From Gemmatimonadales bacterium (GTDB taxonomy: Bacteria; Gemmatimonadota; Gemmatimonadetes; Gemmatimonadales; GWC2-71-9), in contig JBBQXQ010000003.1 of NCBI GenBank assembly GCA_038209515.1, forward strand, positions 158 through 64,157: DNA of 64,000 nt. The letters run 5' to 3'. Positions 7,972-19,221 of the stretch are shown here, piece by piece. The translations under genes and the position numbers were made by a program. The first letter of the stretch is position 1, and the number at the start of each line of letters is the position of its first letter. The notes beneath the pieces were generated by a model. That model worked only from the letters and a program-made list of their open reading frames with translations, was not told where the DNA came from and made no database searches.

Positions 7972-8133
7972 ATGAAGCCGTCGTATCGGCCACGGAACAA
8001 GCGCCGGATCACCAAGCACGGATTCCGCGCTCGCATGGCCACCCGCTGGGGCCGAGCCGTTCTCTCGCGCCGCCGGAAGAAGGGGCGTAAGCGGCTCACC
8101 GTGTCGCTGCCGTCGAAGCACGGAGGCTCCTGA
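7972..8133 (+). CDS. rpmH: 50S ribosomal protein L34
   Basis: Translated by hand: [53 protein letters not shown] (53 aa, so below the ORF-track cutoff). It carries the L34 signature [21 protein letters not shown] and sits in the canonical position upstream of rnpA. Confidence 0.92.
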   Translation: MKPSYRPRNKRRITKHGFRARMATRWGRAVLSRRRKKGRKRLTVSLPSKHGGS

Positions 8134-8483
8134 CGCCTTCGGCGCGCCTGCCGCGGGCTCATCGGCTCGCGCGCGCGTCCGACATCCGCCGCTGCCTGAC
8201 GCATGGCCGGCGCCGCCGCTCCGAGCACCTGGATATAATCTGGATGGACAACCAAACGGGCCAACCACGGATGGGACTGATCGTCCCCAAGTTCCAGACC
8301 TCCGCGGTGGCCCGCAATCGTCTGCGCCGGCGGTTGCGGGAGATCTGGCGGCAGGAGATCCAGCAGCGGCAGCCCGCCTGGGATCTTGTCATCCGAGCCC
8401 GGCGAGAGGCATACGCCGCCGACTTCGATGCCTTGCGGTCCCAGCTTCGTGTGTGGCGCGAGGCCGTTCTGGGCGCCGGGTGA
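8130..8483 (+). CDS. rnpA: RNase P protein component (start codon uncertain, non-canonical)
   Basis: The RNR-type motif [16 protein letters not shown] is present. The frame is open from 8091 and encodes [33 protein letters not shown] before the first ATG (8244). No ATG, GTG or TTG lies in that stretch. The candidate starts are CTG 8130, ACG 8133 and CTG 8148, just after GGAGG at 8122-8126. Confidence 0.75.
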   Translation: MTPSARLPRAHRLARASDIRRCLTHGRRRRSEHLDIIWMDNQTGQPRMGLIVPKFQTSAVARNRLRRRLREIWRQEIQQRQPAWDLVIRARREAYAADFDALRSQLRVWREAVLGAG

Positions 8484-8489
8484 ATCGCC

Positions 8490-8720
8490 GTGCAAAGGTT
8501 CTGGCTGCTACCCCGTCGCCTCTTGGCCGGCATGGTCCGGGGTTACCAGCTCGTCATCTCCCCGGTCCTGCCGCCGAGCTGTCGCTTCATGCCATCCTGC
8601 TCTCAATACGCGCTCGAGGCGATCATGCGGCACGGAGCAGTCAGAGGTACCTGGCTGACCGTGCGGCGGCTGGTCCGCTGTCATCCGTTCCATCCGGGCG
8701 GGTTCGACCCCGTCCCTTGA
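8490..8720 (+). CDS. yidD: Membrane protein insertion efficiency factor YidD
   Basis: The 76-aa protein carries [29 protein letters not shown] and the motif [14 protein letters not shown]. It starts at a GTG 6 nt after the rnpA stop. Confidence 0.88.
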   Translation: MQRFWLLPRRLLAGMVRGYQLVISPVLPPSCRFMPSCSQYALEAIMRHGAVRGTWLTVRRLVRCHPFHPGGFDPVP

Positions 8721-8738
8721 CCTAGCGATCTGAGTCCA

Positions 8739-10496
8739 ATGGACCGCCGTACCATCTGGGCGATTCTGCTGATGATGGCCATCGCAGTCGCTCCAGCGAT
8801 TCTTCTGAAGAAACCGGTCGCGCCTGTGGCGCGAGGCGGGGAAGCCGATACCCTCGCTGCCACAAGCAACCCAGGCCGGGACAGCATCGTGCCGGTGGCC
8901 GCTGTTCGCGACAGCAAAGGGGCAGCAAGTACTTCCCCGCAGCCCAGCGGCCCATCCGCCCAGGGGGCACCCGCCCCGCTTCGCGCGGACAGCGCGCGCG
9001 CCGACACCGTCCGGGTGAGCTCACCGCTCTACACCTACGGCATCAGCACCCGCGGCGCCCGCCTGGTCGAGGCAACCCTGCCGCGCTATCGCTCGATGGA
9101 GCCGACGGAGCGCGGCAGGGCGGCGCAGATTCTCCCGCCCGACAGCAAGCTGCTCGGCCTCACCCTGGTGTTGGGCAAGGACACCATCCCGCTCGACGAT
9201 CGGCCCTTCACGGCGTCGGCCGAAAGTGTCCAGGTCAAAGGCCCGACGCCGCTGCGGCTGAGCGCGTCGCGCGATGGGGTAAAAGTGGACCTGACCTACA
9301 CCTTCCATCCCGACGACTATCGCATCGACGTGGACGGCCAGGTCACCGGCGTCGGTCCCAACGGCGGGCTCCTCCTCGTCGGGATGGGTCCCACGCTGGC
9401 CAACACCGAGGCAAACTCCACTGAGAACCACCGCGCCCTCGCGCTCGTCACCAAGCACAGCGAGACCGAACGGACGGATCTTGGCGGGCTCAAGCCGGGT
9501 GAGCCCAAGACGGTGAGCGGGCCTCTGGAGTGGGCGGCGATCAAGTCCAAGTACTTCGTCGCCGGTGTGCTCGCGTTCGACAGCACCGGTGGCGCGATTA
9601 GTGGTGTCACCGCCACTGCGCCTCCCACGGCTGGCAAGCGGCCCGACCGAGCGGATGTACGCCTCAGCATGCCGCTACCACCGAGTGGCGCCTTCAGCTA
9701 CACGGTCTACGCCGGCCCGATGGAGTACGATCGCCTGCACCGGATCGGCCACGGCTTCGACGATGTGAATCCCTATGGCTGGCCCGGGTTCCGGACCATT
9801 ATCCGGCCGGTCGCTGCGGGCGTCCGCTGGCTCCTGGTCTGGATGCACGAGCACCTGCACCTGGCCTACGGCTTCGTGCTCGTGATCTTCGGGGTCCTGG
9901 TGCGGCTATTGCTCTGGCCGCTGAACCAGAAGGCCATGCGCGCAAACATGCAGATGCAGGCGGTGCAGCCGCTCATGAAGGACATCCAGGAGCGGTACAA
10001 GAACGACCCACAGAAGGTCCAGCAGGAGATGTTCAAGCTCTACAAGGAGCACGGGGTGAACCCGCTGGGGGGTTGCTGGCCCATGCTCCTTCCCATGCCG
10101 GTGCTCTTTGCCTTGTTCTTCGTGTTCCAGAACTCGATCGAGCTCCGAGGTGCATCGTTCGCCTGGCTCCCGGACCTGTCGCGACCGGATCCGCTCTACA
10201 TCATCCCGGTCATTATGGGGATCTCGATGTTCGGGCTCAGCAAGGTCGGTCAGGTGGGGATGGAGCCCAATCCGCAGATGAAGATGATGCTCTACGTCAT
10301 GCCGGTGATGATGACTTTCCTTTTCCTTAACTTCGCCTCGGGTCTCAACCTCTACTACGCGGTGAGCAACATCGCCAGCATCCCGCAGCAGTGGATGCTG
10401 GCCCGGGAGCGGCAGAAGCGAACGGCAAAAGCGATCGTCGACGTGAAGACGCGCTCGCCGGGGAATAAGCCGGCGAAAGCCAAACGCAACGCCTGA
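8739..10496 (+). CDS. yidC: Membrane protein insertase YidC
   Basis: The 585-aa protein has an N-terminal TM, a large periplasmic domain and a conserved C-terminal core (WPLNQKAMRANMQMQAVQP, GVNPLGGCWPMLLPMPVLFALF, LYYAVSNIASIPQQW). Confidence 0.92.
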   Translation: MDRRTIWAILLMMAIAVAPAILLKKPVAPVARGGEADTLAATSNPGRDSIVPVAAVRDSKGAASTSPQPSGPSAQGAPAPLRADSARADTVRVSSPLYTYGISTRGARLVEATLPRYRSMEPTERGRAAQILPPDSKLLGLTLVLGKDTIPLDDRPFTASAESVQVKGPTPLRLSASRDGVKVDLTYTFHPDDYRIDVDGQVTGVGPNGGLLLVGMGPTLANTEANSTENHRALALVTKHSETERTDLGGLKPGEPKTVSGPLEWAAIKSKYFVAGVLAFDSTGGAISGVTATAPPTAGKRPDRADVRLSMPLPPSGAFSYTVYAGPMEYDRLHRIGHGFDDVNPYGWPGFRTIIRPVAAGVRWLLVWMHEHLHLAYGFVLVIFGVLVRLLLWPLNQKAMRANMQMQAVQPLMKDIQERYKNDPQKVQQEMFKLYKEHGVNPLGGCWPMLLPMPVLFALFFVFQNSIELRGASFAWLPDLSRPDPLYIIPVIMGISMFGLSKVGQVGMEPNPQMKMMLYVMPVMMTFLFLNFASGLNLYYAVSNIASIPQQWMLARERQKRTAKAIVDVKTRSPGNKPAKAKRNA

Positions 10497-10545
10497 CCTC
10501 CCAGGTGGGGTACCAGGCCGCCCAGCCGCCCGCATTAGTTCCCTC

Positions 10546-11871
10546 ATGCTTTCCGACCCGATCGTAGCTCTGGCCACACCTCCCGGGCGCGCCGCCCTCG
10601 CCGTCATCCGGCTCAGCGGCTCGGGGGCGTTCGACGTGGCCGCTCGGGTCATCACGGGGTTCCAGGCGCACCCGGCCCGGCGCGCCACTCTCGCCTCCTT
10701 CCATGAAGCCGGCGGCCAGCCGATCGATCGCGGGTTGTACACCACATTTCCCGGGCCGCACAGCTACACTGGCGAGGATCTGGTCGAGCTCTCCTGTCAC
10801 GGCGGACTCCTCGTTCCCGGACGGCTGCTGGCGGCCGTTCACGCCGCGGGAGCTCGGCCCGCCGCGCCCGGTGAATTCACCCGCCGGGCGGTGCTGAACG
10901 GCAAGCTCGATCTGGTGCAGGCGGAGGCAGTGGGGGACCTGATTGATGCGACGGCCCCAGCCCAGGCGCATGCGGCGCTCAACCAGCTCGAGGGCGGGCT
11001 CTCGCGCCGTCTCGCGGCCCTGCGCGAGTCGCTGATCGAGATCCAGGCGCTCCTCAGCTACGACATCGATTTCCCCGACGAAGACGACGGCCCAGTGGCG
11101 CCCGCGCGCATTGCCGGTCAGATCGAATCTGCCGCTGCCCAGATCCGCCGACTGGTGGCGACCGCGCCTTCGGCCGAGCGGCTGCGGGAGGGGGCGTTGA
11201 TGGTGTTCGCCGGCCGGCCCAATGCCGGGAAATCCTCCCTCTTCAACGCGCTCCTCGGCAGCGAACGGGCCCTCGTGACCGAGATTCCGGGAACCACGCG
11301 TGACGCCATCGAGGCCCACACCGATTTCCTGGGGTGGCCGGTGCGCCTGGCCGACACGGCCGGACTGTGGAATGCACCAGGGAAGATCGACCGAATGGGT
11401 GTCGAGGTGAGCCGCCGCTATCTGGCGGCGGCCGATCTAGTGCTGCTCTGCGTGGAGGCTGGACGTGAAGTGGGCGACGACGAAGACGCGATCGCTGGGG
11501 CCCGCCCCAGCCTGCTGGTGCGGACGAAGGCGGATCTGGCACCCGAAGCAGGCCTGGGGATTGCCGTTTCAGCGCTCACGGGCGAAGGGCTCGGCGTGCT
11601 TCGCCGGGCCGCGGCGGAACGGGTGTTCGCCGATCGAATAAACCTGGCCGACTTGGAGCCGGGGCTAACCCGTGAGCGGCACCGGACCACGCTAAGCCGT
11701 GCGCTGGTCGCACTCGGGGGAGCGGTTCCTCACCTCGGCAGCGACGGGGACGCGGTGCTGGCCGCCCACCACGTTCGGCAGGCCGCCGCCGCGCTCGAAG
11801 AGCTCCTCGGTTTCATTGATATCGAAGAGGTGCTGGATCGGGTGTTCGGGAGTTTCTGCGTGGGGAAGTGA
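10546..11871 (+). CDS. mnmE: tRNA modification GTPase MnmE
   Basis: It has the N-terminal DPIVALATPPG, the G-domain motifs GRPNAGKSSLFNAL and DTAGL, and the C-terminal tetrapeptide CVGK. Confidence 0.92.
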   Translation: MLSDPIVALATPPGRAALAVIRLSGSGAFDVAARVITGFQAHPARRATLASFHEAGGQPIDRGLYTTFPGPHSYTGEDLVELSCHGGLLVPGRLLAAVHAAGARPAAPGEFTRRAVLNGKLDLVQAEAVGDLIDATAPAQAHAALNQLEGGLSRRLAALRESLIEIQALLSYDIDFPDEDDGPVAPARIAGQIESAAAQIRRLVATAPSAERLREGALMVFAGRPNAGKSSLFNALLGSERALVTEIPGTTRDAIEAHTDFLGWPVRLADTAGLWNAPGKIDRMGVEVSRRYLAAADLVLLCVEAGREVGDDEDAIAGARPSLLVRTKADLAPEAGLGIAVSALTGEGLGVLRRAAAERVFADRINLADLEPGLTRERHRTTLSRALVALGGAVPHLGSDGDAVLAAHHVRQAAAALEELLGFIDIEEVLDRVFGSFCVGK

Positions 11872-11882
11872 AGGTCTAGGGT

Positions 11883-12836
11883 CTAGGCAGTTTGTATCCC
11901 CCGCGCCGCGTCCTCCGCCGCCTGGAAGTCCTGGGCTGGGGCGCGGACCGCCTCCGACAATCCTCGCTCAGCCACCAGGGCCTCGGTCATGCGATAGCCG
12001 AGATAGTAGCCGGCTCGCTCGGGGATCACGCGCCCAGCAACCAGCCGTGCCGAAGGACTCATCCCACCTGACAGATAGCGAAGCCGGAGTCCGAGGCCGC
12101 TCCGTTCCAGGTCGGGCTCGACGGCCCGGCGCAGGAACGACTCCATTTCCCGGAGCCGATGGTACTGGCGACGGGGATAGCCGAAGTAATCGGCGGCATC
12201 GAAGCCGGGTGCCACGGCTTGGGCGGCGTGCACCGCCAGGCCCTCGTTGACCAGCAGCTCGCGGAGGCTCGCGCGGCTCCCGGTCGCCCAGTAGTCGTAG
12301 TAGCCGCCGCTCTCCGCCACCAGGCGCCGCATGTCGCTGGCACTGGATCCGGAGGTATAACGCACCGTATGGGCCAGCTCATGGGCGGTCCAGACGGGGA
12401 TGAGATCAGGCGGCAGCCCCATGCCGTAGGTCTCCGGATTCACCCGGCCGGTGAAGTGTTCGAGGCAGATGAAGGCTATCCCGCGCCCGCCCACCACGAG
12501 CTCGCCGGCGTTGGCTCCGCCGAGTCCGACCATCAGGTACGTGTCGGTGGGGCGATCGACGCCGAGCAGCTCTTCTGCCCGAGCGATCGCCTCTTCGGCG
12601 AGCTGCACGACATCAGTTGTGGCCTTTAACCCGTACAGGTCGCTGCGGTCGGCTGTCAGCGCGGCGGTGACGATGGTGTCGGCGTGCGGGGTGTCGGGAT
12701 CGAGGACGTAGTTACGCCAGTAGGCGTCGAGGATGGGGCGGTGGCTTTCGCGATACTGCCGATACGCGGCTTCCCGGTCGGCGGCTTCGAGGACGCCAAA
12801 GAAGTCCGGAAGAAGATTGATCAGCACGCGAGACAA
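11883..12836 (-). CDS. Putative Zn-dependent protease (DUF2268-like)
   Basis: The 317-aa protein has an HExxH site (TAHELAHTVRY). The overall pattern recalls the DUF2268 family; that is from memory and not searched. Confidence 0.55.
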   Translation of the reverse strand: MSRVLINLLPDFFGVLEAADREAAYRQYRESHRPILDAYWRNYVLDPDTPHADTIVTAALTADRSDLYGLKATTDVVQLAEEAIARAEELLGVDRPTDTYLMVGLGGANAGELVVGGRGIAFICLEHFTGRVNPETYGMGLPPDLIPVWTAHELAHTVRYTSGSSASDMRRLVAESGGYYDYWATGSRASLRELLVNEGLAVHAAQAVAPGFDAADYFGYPRRQYHRLREMESFLRRAVEPDLERSGLGLRLRYLSGGMSPSARLVAGRVIPERAGYYLGYRMTEALVAERGLSEAVRAPAQDFQAAEDAARGIQTA

Positions 12837-12876
12837 TACGAGAGCGCCGCGTTAAGTGCAAGACCACTTCTTCACC

Positions 12877-13709
12877 CTAATGATCTTGCTTCTTCTGCTT
12901 CGCGACTTCGTCGAGGAAGCTCCGCTCGGCCGGCGTCAGACTGGAGATCCCCTTCTCGCTGATCTTGTCCAAGACCCGATCCACCTCGGCGGCCACGGGA
13001 TCGGATTCGATCCCCCGGCGGGGCCGCATCGGCGTGACGGGGGTCCGCCGCTCAGGCTCTGCCGAGCCGGATTGAACCATGACCACGCGTTCCACCCGCG
13101 CGGGTGGTGTTGCACTCCGCTGGGAGAGCAGCTGCGCCCGAAAGAAGAGGTAGCCGAACAGCGCGCCTCCTACGTGGGCGAGATGAGCGATGCCGTCGTT
13201 AGGCCAGAGCCGCGACCCGATCGCGTCCAGCACCACGAGCCCGATGACCAGGGTGCGTGCCTTGATCGGTACCGGTATGGGGAAGACGATCAGCTCGGCA
13301 TCGGGCCAGAACATGGCAAACGCTACGGCCACGCCGAGGACGGCGCCGGAGGCGCCGACGAACGCGCCCACCGGCATGACCCGCGCCAGCAACAGAGAAA
13401 AGACTGCCGCGCCGACTCCGCAGAAGAGGTAGTACAGCAGGAAGTTGCGACTTCCCATACGACTCTCGACCGCGCTGCCGAACACGAAGAGCATTAGCAT
13501 ATTGCCGAACAGGTGCAGCAAGCCCGCGTGAACGAACATGTAGCTCACGAAGGTCCACGGGCGGGTCAGCGCAGTCCAGGGGGAGAATTCCAGCACCTGA
13601 AAGAGATCGCGGGAGGTGAACAGCGTCATGAGCAGCAGCAGCACCACCGCATTGGCGATGATGATGCGGCCCACCCAGGGCGTAATGCGATACGATGGAG
13701 ACGAATTCA

Positions 13710-13710
<1 letters not shown>
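12877..13710 (-). CDS. Rhomboid family intramembrane serine protease
   Basis: The motifs HAGLLHLFGNM and GASGAVLG (catalytic Ser) and a downstream AHLAHVGG (His) are present, with multiple TM helices. The start is set to ATG 13710 (MNSSPSYRITPW), which overlaps the ddl stop by 1 nt. The longer track ORF would overlap ddl by 300 nt. Confidence 0.8.
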
Positions 13711-14741
<1,031 letters not shown>

Positions 14742-16133
14742 TTATCTCGTGCCTATCAGCTGCTGCAGCACGTCGTACCGGCTCACGATGCCAACCAGCT
14801 TACCGTCCTTTCGAACGAGCGCGGCCGGGCTCTCCCGGGTGAGCATCGCGCCGAGCCGGTCGGTGGGGTAGTTGGCCTCGACCTCGGGGAAGGGAGGCTC
14901 CATGACCTCGCGCACCGGACGGTCGAGCAGGGCCGGCTGGGCCAGCGCCCGTGTCATCAGGGTTCCCTCGACCAACGCGCCGACAGACCGGCCGTCCTCG
15001 ACCACGGGAATCTGACTCACCCCCCACGTATTCATCAGGTTGAGCGCCTGGCGGACCGCCGCCGCTGGGGCCACGCTCACCAGCGGCGGGGAATCATGCG
15101 GCCGGCGCTCGAGCAGCTGCTCCACCGTGGTCCGGGGCATATCGAGCATCTGGTTCTCCTGCATCCACTCGTCGTTAAACACCTTGGAGAGATAGCGCTC
15201 CCCGGTGTCGCAGAGGATGGTGACGACGAGCGCCGACGGGTCGTCCACCTCGCGTGCAATGTCCAGCGCCAGGGCGACGTTCAGACCGGTCGAGCCCCCG
15301 GCCAGAATCCCCTCTTCTCGGGCCAGGCGGCGGGCCATCACCAGCGAGGCACGGTCGGAGACCTGCCGGAACTCGTCGATCCAGTCGAACCAGATAGTGG
15401 TCGGGATCTTGTCTCCCCCGATTCCCTCTACCTTGTAGGGGTGGCCGTCACCCAGCTTGTGGGTGCGATGATAGTGGGTATACAGCGACCCGATCGGGTC
15501 ACCCGCCACCACCTTAATCCCCGGGTTTCTTTCCTTCAGATACTTGCCGGCCCCGCTGACGGTCCCGCCGGTACCGGCCCCCGCTACCAGATGAGTGACC
15601 CGTCCCTTGGTTTGCTCCCAGATCTCGGGTCCTGTCGTCGCGTAATGGGCCTCGGGGTTGATCTCGTTATAGAACTGATTGGCGAGAATGGCTCCGGGAG
15701 TCTCCTTCACGATCTGCTTGGCCTTCATCACGTAGTTGTCGGGGTGATCCGGCGGGACTGCGGTCGGGGTGATCACCACCTCCGCTCCGAATGCCTTCAG
15801 CAAGCGGACTTTTTCCTGCGACATTTTGTCGGGCATAGTGAAGACGCAGCGATATCCCTTGAGCGCCGCCGCGATGGCCAGTCCGACACCGGTGTTGCCG
15901 CTGGTCCCTTCCACGATGGTGCCGCCCGGCCGGAGATCACCCCGCCGCTCCGCGTCCTCGATAATCGCGAGCCCGATCCGGTCCTTGACCGAACCGCCGG
16001 GGTTCACGTATTCGGCTTTGCCGTAGACCGGTGTGCGCACGCCCGCCCCCAGCCTGGCCAGCCGGATGAGCGGGGTCCAGCCGACCGTCTCCAGGACCGA
16101 CTCGTACGGCTCGAGGTGCTGGGGGGAGCTCAC
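14742..16133 (-). CDS. Cystathionine beta-synthase-type PLP enzyme with C-terminal tandem CBS domains
   Basis: The PLP-lysine motif EYVNPGGSVKDR and GTSGNTGVGLA are present. About 130 aa at the C-terminus have a CBS-pair pattern. Confidence 0.82.
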   Translation of the reverse strand: MSSPQHLEPYESVLETVGWTPLIRLARLGAGVRTPVYGKAEYVNPGGSVKDRIGLAIIEDAERRGDLRPGGTIVEGTSGNTGVGLAIAAALKGYRCVFTMPDKMSQEKVRLLKAFGAEVVITPTAVPPDHPDNYVMKAKQIVKETPGAILANQFYNEINPEAHYATTGPEIWEQTKGRVTHLVAGAGTGGTVSGAGKYLKERNPGIKVVAGDPIGSLYTHYHRTHKLGDGHPYKVEGIGGDKIPTTIWFDWIDEFRQVSDRASLVMARRLAREEGILAGGSTGLNVALALDIAREVDDPSALVVTILCDTGERYLSKVFNDEWMQENQMLDMPRTTVEQLLERRPHDSPPLVSVAPAAAVRQALNLMNTWGVSQIPVVEDGRSVGALVEGTLMTRALAQPALLDRPVREVMEPPFPEVEANYPTDRLGAMLTRESPAALVRKDGKLVGIVSRYDVLQQLIGTR

Positions 16134-16561
16134 TCCGTAGTACTCCGGGAGCGGGGGCTGCGAAAGTGCACCGGCTGAAGAAACGGAGCCGCCACAGGGC
16201 GTCCCTGGAGCAGCGCGGGCGAAAAGCGGAGCTCCGCAGCACCCGCGAGGGCAGCGGAGTCGAGCGCCGGGTAGCCGCTCGATTCGGCGATTCGGGTCGA
16301 GTCCTGGATCACGACGCCGGCCGCATCGACGTACAGCCGAAGCAGCACGCTGCCCTCGATGCCCTGCTGCAGCAGGGCCGGTGGGTAGCGCACCGGCGAC
16401 ACCGGGTTGATTGCCACCGGTGGCTCCTCGGCGGGAATCACCGGCGGCGCGGCGTCGTGGTCGATCAGCCTCATGGTCCCGTCATCCTTGCGCTGGCAGG
16501 CAACGAGAGCGAGCACGAGCACCGCGACTGTTGTGCAGACAGAGGCTGCCCGGGCCGTCAT
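16130..16561 (-). CDS. TonB C-terminal domain lipoprotein
   Basis: It has a signal peptide with the lipobox LVAC, a proline-rich linker (PPVIPAEEPPVAINPVSPVRYPP) and a TonB-C-like motif GIEGSVLLRLYVDAAG...RFSPA. It overlaps both neighbours by 4 nt. Confidence 0.65.
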   Translation of the reverse strand: MTARAASVCTTVAVLVLALVACQRKDDGTMRLIDHDAAPPVIPAEEPPVAINPVSPVRYPPALLQQGIEGSVLLRLYVDAAGVVIQDSTRIAESSGYPALDSAALAGAAELRFSPALLQGRPVAAPFLQPVHFRSPRSRSTTE

Positions 16562-19221
16562 TTCCGTTCGCCCGCGCGGCGCTTGAAGTCCGCCAGCCGG
16601 TTCAACGCCTCCAACGGGGTGAGCGTGTTCACGTCGAGCAGCTTGAGCTCCTCGACCATTGGATCGGGCTCATGCGGATCACGGAACAACGCCAGCTGGC
16701 CCGGGTCGCGCGACGCAGTCGGCGGTGGCCCCGGAACCATACGATGTTCGCCCTCGAGCGTGGCCAGGATCTCCCGCGCCCGGGCGACCACCTGGCTCGG
16801 AAGGCCGGCCAACTGGCCGACATGAATGCCGTAAGACCGATCGGTGCCCCCGGGCTCGAGCCGGTGCAGGAAGACAACCGTATCTCCCGCTTCCTGAACC
16901 GCCACATTGTAGTTCCGCGCGTGCTGAAGCCGCTCGGGCAATTGCATGAGCTCGTGATAGTGAGTGGCGAACATGGTCTTGCATCCGACTCGATCGTGCA
17001 GGTGCTCGGTCACGGCCCAGGCGATCGCCACGCCATCGTAGGTCGAGGTGCCGCGGCCTATCTCATCGAGGAGTACGAGGCTCCTCGCTGTCGCGTTGTG
17101 CAGAATGGCGCTCGTTTCGCTCATCTCCACCATGAAGGTGGACTGCCCCTGTGCCAGGTTGTCGCTCGCCCCCACCCGGGTAAAGAGCCGGTCCACCGCG
17201 CCGATCGACGCCTCGGCCGCCGGCACGAAGGACCCCATCTGGGCGAGAACCACACAGACGCCGATCTGCCGGAGTATGGTGGATTTCCCCGCCATATTCG
17301 GGCCAGTCACCAGAGCCACCCGCTCCGCCTCGGTGAACCGGGCATCATTGGGAATGAATGACTCGCGGGCCATCATCCGCTCGATCACCGGATGCCGGCT
17401 TTCGCGAAGGGTCAGAGCGAACGCGTCCGTCACCTGGGGCCGTACATAACGGCCCACCACCGCCCGCTCGGCCAGGCCCGCCCAGACATCGAGCCGGGCG
17501 AGAACCCGGGCAGTTTGCTGGATCCGCCCGATGGCCTGGCCGATCACCGCGCGAACTGCACCGAAGAGTTCCGCCTCCCGGGTGCCGATCCCCTCCTCCG
17601 CGCTGAGCACCCGGGACTCATAGTCCTTGAGCTCGGGAGTGACATAGCGTTCGGCTGTAGCGAGGGTTTGACGCCGTTCATAGTTCGCAGGAACCCGATC
17701 GGCGTGGGTGTGGGTCACCTCCAGGTAATACCCGAAGACCTTGTTGAATCCGACCTTGAGCGAGGGAATGCCGCTTCGTTCCCGCTCCCGCTGTTGCAGC
17801 GACGCGATGTACTGACGCCCTCCATCGCGGAGGGATCTCAGCTCGTCGAGCTCCGAGTCGTAGCCGGAACGGATGACCCCACCGTCGGCCAGGGTGGCCG
17901 GAAGCCGGTCCGCGAGAGCCACCGAAAGATGGGAGCTCAGGTCGGCAAGGAGGTCCAGCTCGTCGGCGGCCTCGGCCAGGGCGCCACTATGGCCGCCGCC
18001 CGGAAGGGCGGAGCCGGCGAGAGCCGCGAGCGCTCCGGCAACGTCGGGGAGCCGCTGAAACGAATCGCGCAGCGAGCCAAGCTCCCGGGGAGTGGCGCGG
18101 CCCGCGGCGGCTCGGCCGGCCAGCCGCTCGAGATCACGAACGCCATCGAGCCCCTCCCGGAGCCGGCCCCGACCCCGCGCGTCGTCCACCATCACCTCGA
18201 CCGCGTCGAGCCGCGCATTGATCGCGGCCGGATCACGGAGGGGGGAGAGCAGCCACTGACGCAGAAGACGACCACCCATGGGGGTCACCGTAGCGTCGAT
18301 TGTCTCGAGCAGGGTGCAGCCGCGCGCACCCGCACGGAGTGGCTCGATCAGCTCGAGATTTCGCCGGGTCATCTCATCGACCCAGAGAAACCCGTCACTG
18401 CGCCGAACGATCGGCCGAGTGAGATGGGGCAGCCCGCCGGGCTGGAGCTCGCCGAGATAGCGGAGCAACGCGCCGGCTGCGCCGATCGCAGGGTCATCCT
18501 CCGAGGCCAGGCCGAGGCCGTCCAGGGAAGCGAGGCCGAATCTCCGAGCCACCTCTTCGTGGGCCAGCCCGGGGTCGAATTCCCACTGCTCACGACGGGT
18601 CGTGAGCGGCGGGGCGGCGGGGTGGGTGCCCTCCGGGCGGGTGGGCAGCGGGGCAGTGTCATCGTTTGCGATCACGATCTCTGCGGGACCGAGCCGCGAG
18701 AGAGCCTCTTCCAGACCATCCTGGGAAACACTCTCGAGTACGAACTCGCCCGTGCTTAGATCAACGCATGCGATCCCGATCACGTTTTCTGACTCCCCCG
18801 CGGCCTCGCTGCCCCGCTGAATCGCCACCATCCAGTTGTTGCGGCTTCCGGCGACCCACCCGTCCTGCATCAGGGCCCCGGGTGTGAGTGTTTCGACCAC
18901 CTCTCGGCGCACCAGCCCCCGGGCTAGCTTGGGGTCTTCCACCTGCTCACAGATGGCGACCCGGTGGCCGGCGCCAACCAGCTGGCGCAGATACTCGGCC
19001 GCCGCTTTCACCGGCACGCCGGCGAGTGGCGCGCCGTCGCCCCGCGAGGTCAGCGTGATGTCGAGAATCCGGGCGGCGAGCTCCGCGTCTTCGTGGAACA
19101 TCTCGTAGAAGTCGCCGACCCGGTAGAAGAGGATCGCGTCAGGATGCAGCGCCTTCATCTCCCGCCAGTGCTTGAGCATCGGCGGGGTTGGCGCAGCGCT
19201 GTCGCGGCTGGTGAGGGACAT
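16558..19221 (-). CDS. mutS: DNA mismatch repair protein MutS
   Basis: The 887-aa protein has the N-terminal mismatch-binding motif FYRVGDFYEMF, Walker A GPNMAGKST and DEIGRGTSTYDG. Confidence 0.95.
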   Translation of the reverse strand: MSLTSRDSAAPTPPMLKHWREMKALHPDAILFYRVGDFYEMFHEDAELAARILDITLTSRGDGAPLAGVPVKAAAEYLRQLVGAGHRVAICEQVEDPKLARGLVRREVVETLTPGALMQDGWVAGSRNNWMVAIQRGSEAAGESENVIGIACVDLSTGEFVLESVSQDGLEEALSRLGPAEIVIANDDTAPLPTRPEGTHPAAPPLTTRREQWEFDPGLAHEEVARRFGLASLDGLGLASEDDPAIGAAGALLRYLGELQPGGLPHLTRPIVRRSDGFLWVDEMTRRNLELIEPLRAGARGCTLLETIDATVTPMGGRLLRQWLLSPLRDPAAINARLDAVEVMVDDARGRGRLREGLDGVRDLERLAGRAAAGRATPRELGSLRDSFQRLPDVAGALAALAGSALPGGGHSGALAEAADELDLLADLSSHLSVALADRLPATLADGGVIRSGYDSELDELRSLRDGGRQYIASLQQRERERSGIPSLKVGFNKVFGYYLEVTHTHADRVPANYERRQTLATAERYVTPELKDYESRVLSAEEGIGTREAELFGAVRAVIGQAIGRIQQTARVLARLDVWAGLAERAVVGRYVRPQVTDAFALTLRESRHPVIERMMARESFIPNDARFTEAERVALVTGPNMAGKSTILRQIGVCVVLAQMGSFVPAAEASIGAVDRLFTRVGASDNLAQGQSTFMVEMSETSAILHNATARSLVLLDEIGRGTSTYDGVAIAWAVTEHLHDRVGCKTMFATHYHELMQLPERLQHARNYNVAVQEAGDTVVFLHRLEPGGTDRSYGIHVGQLAGLPSQVVARAREILATLEGEHRMVPGPPPTASRDPGQLALFRDPHEPDPMVEELKLLDVNTLTPLEALNRLADFKRRAGERK

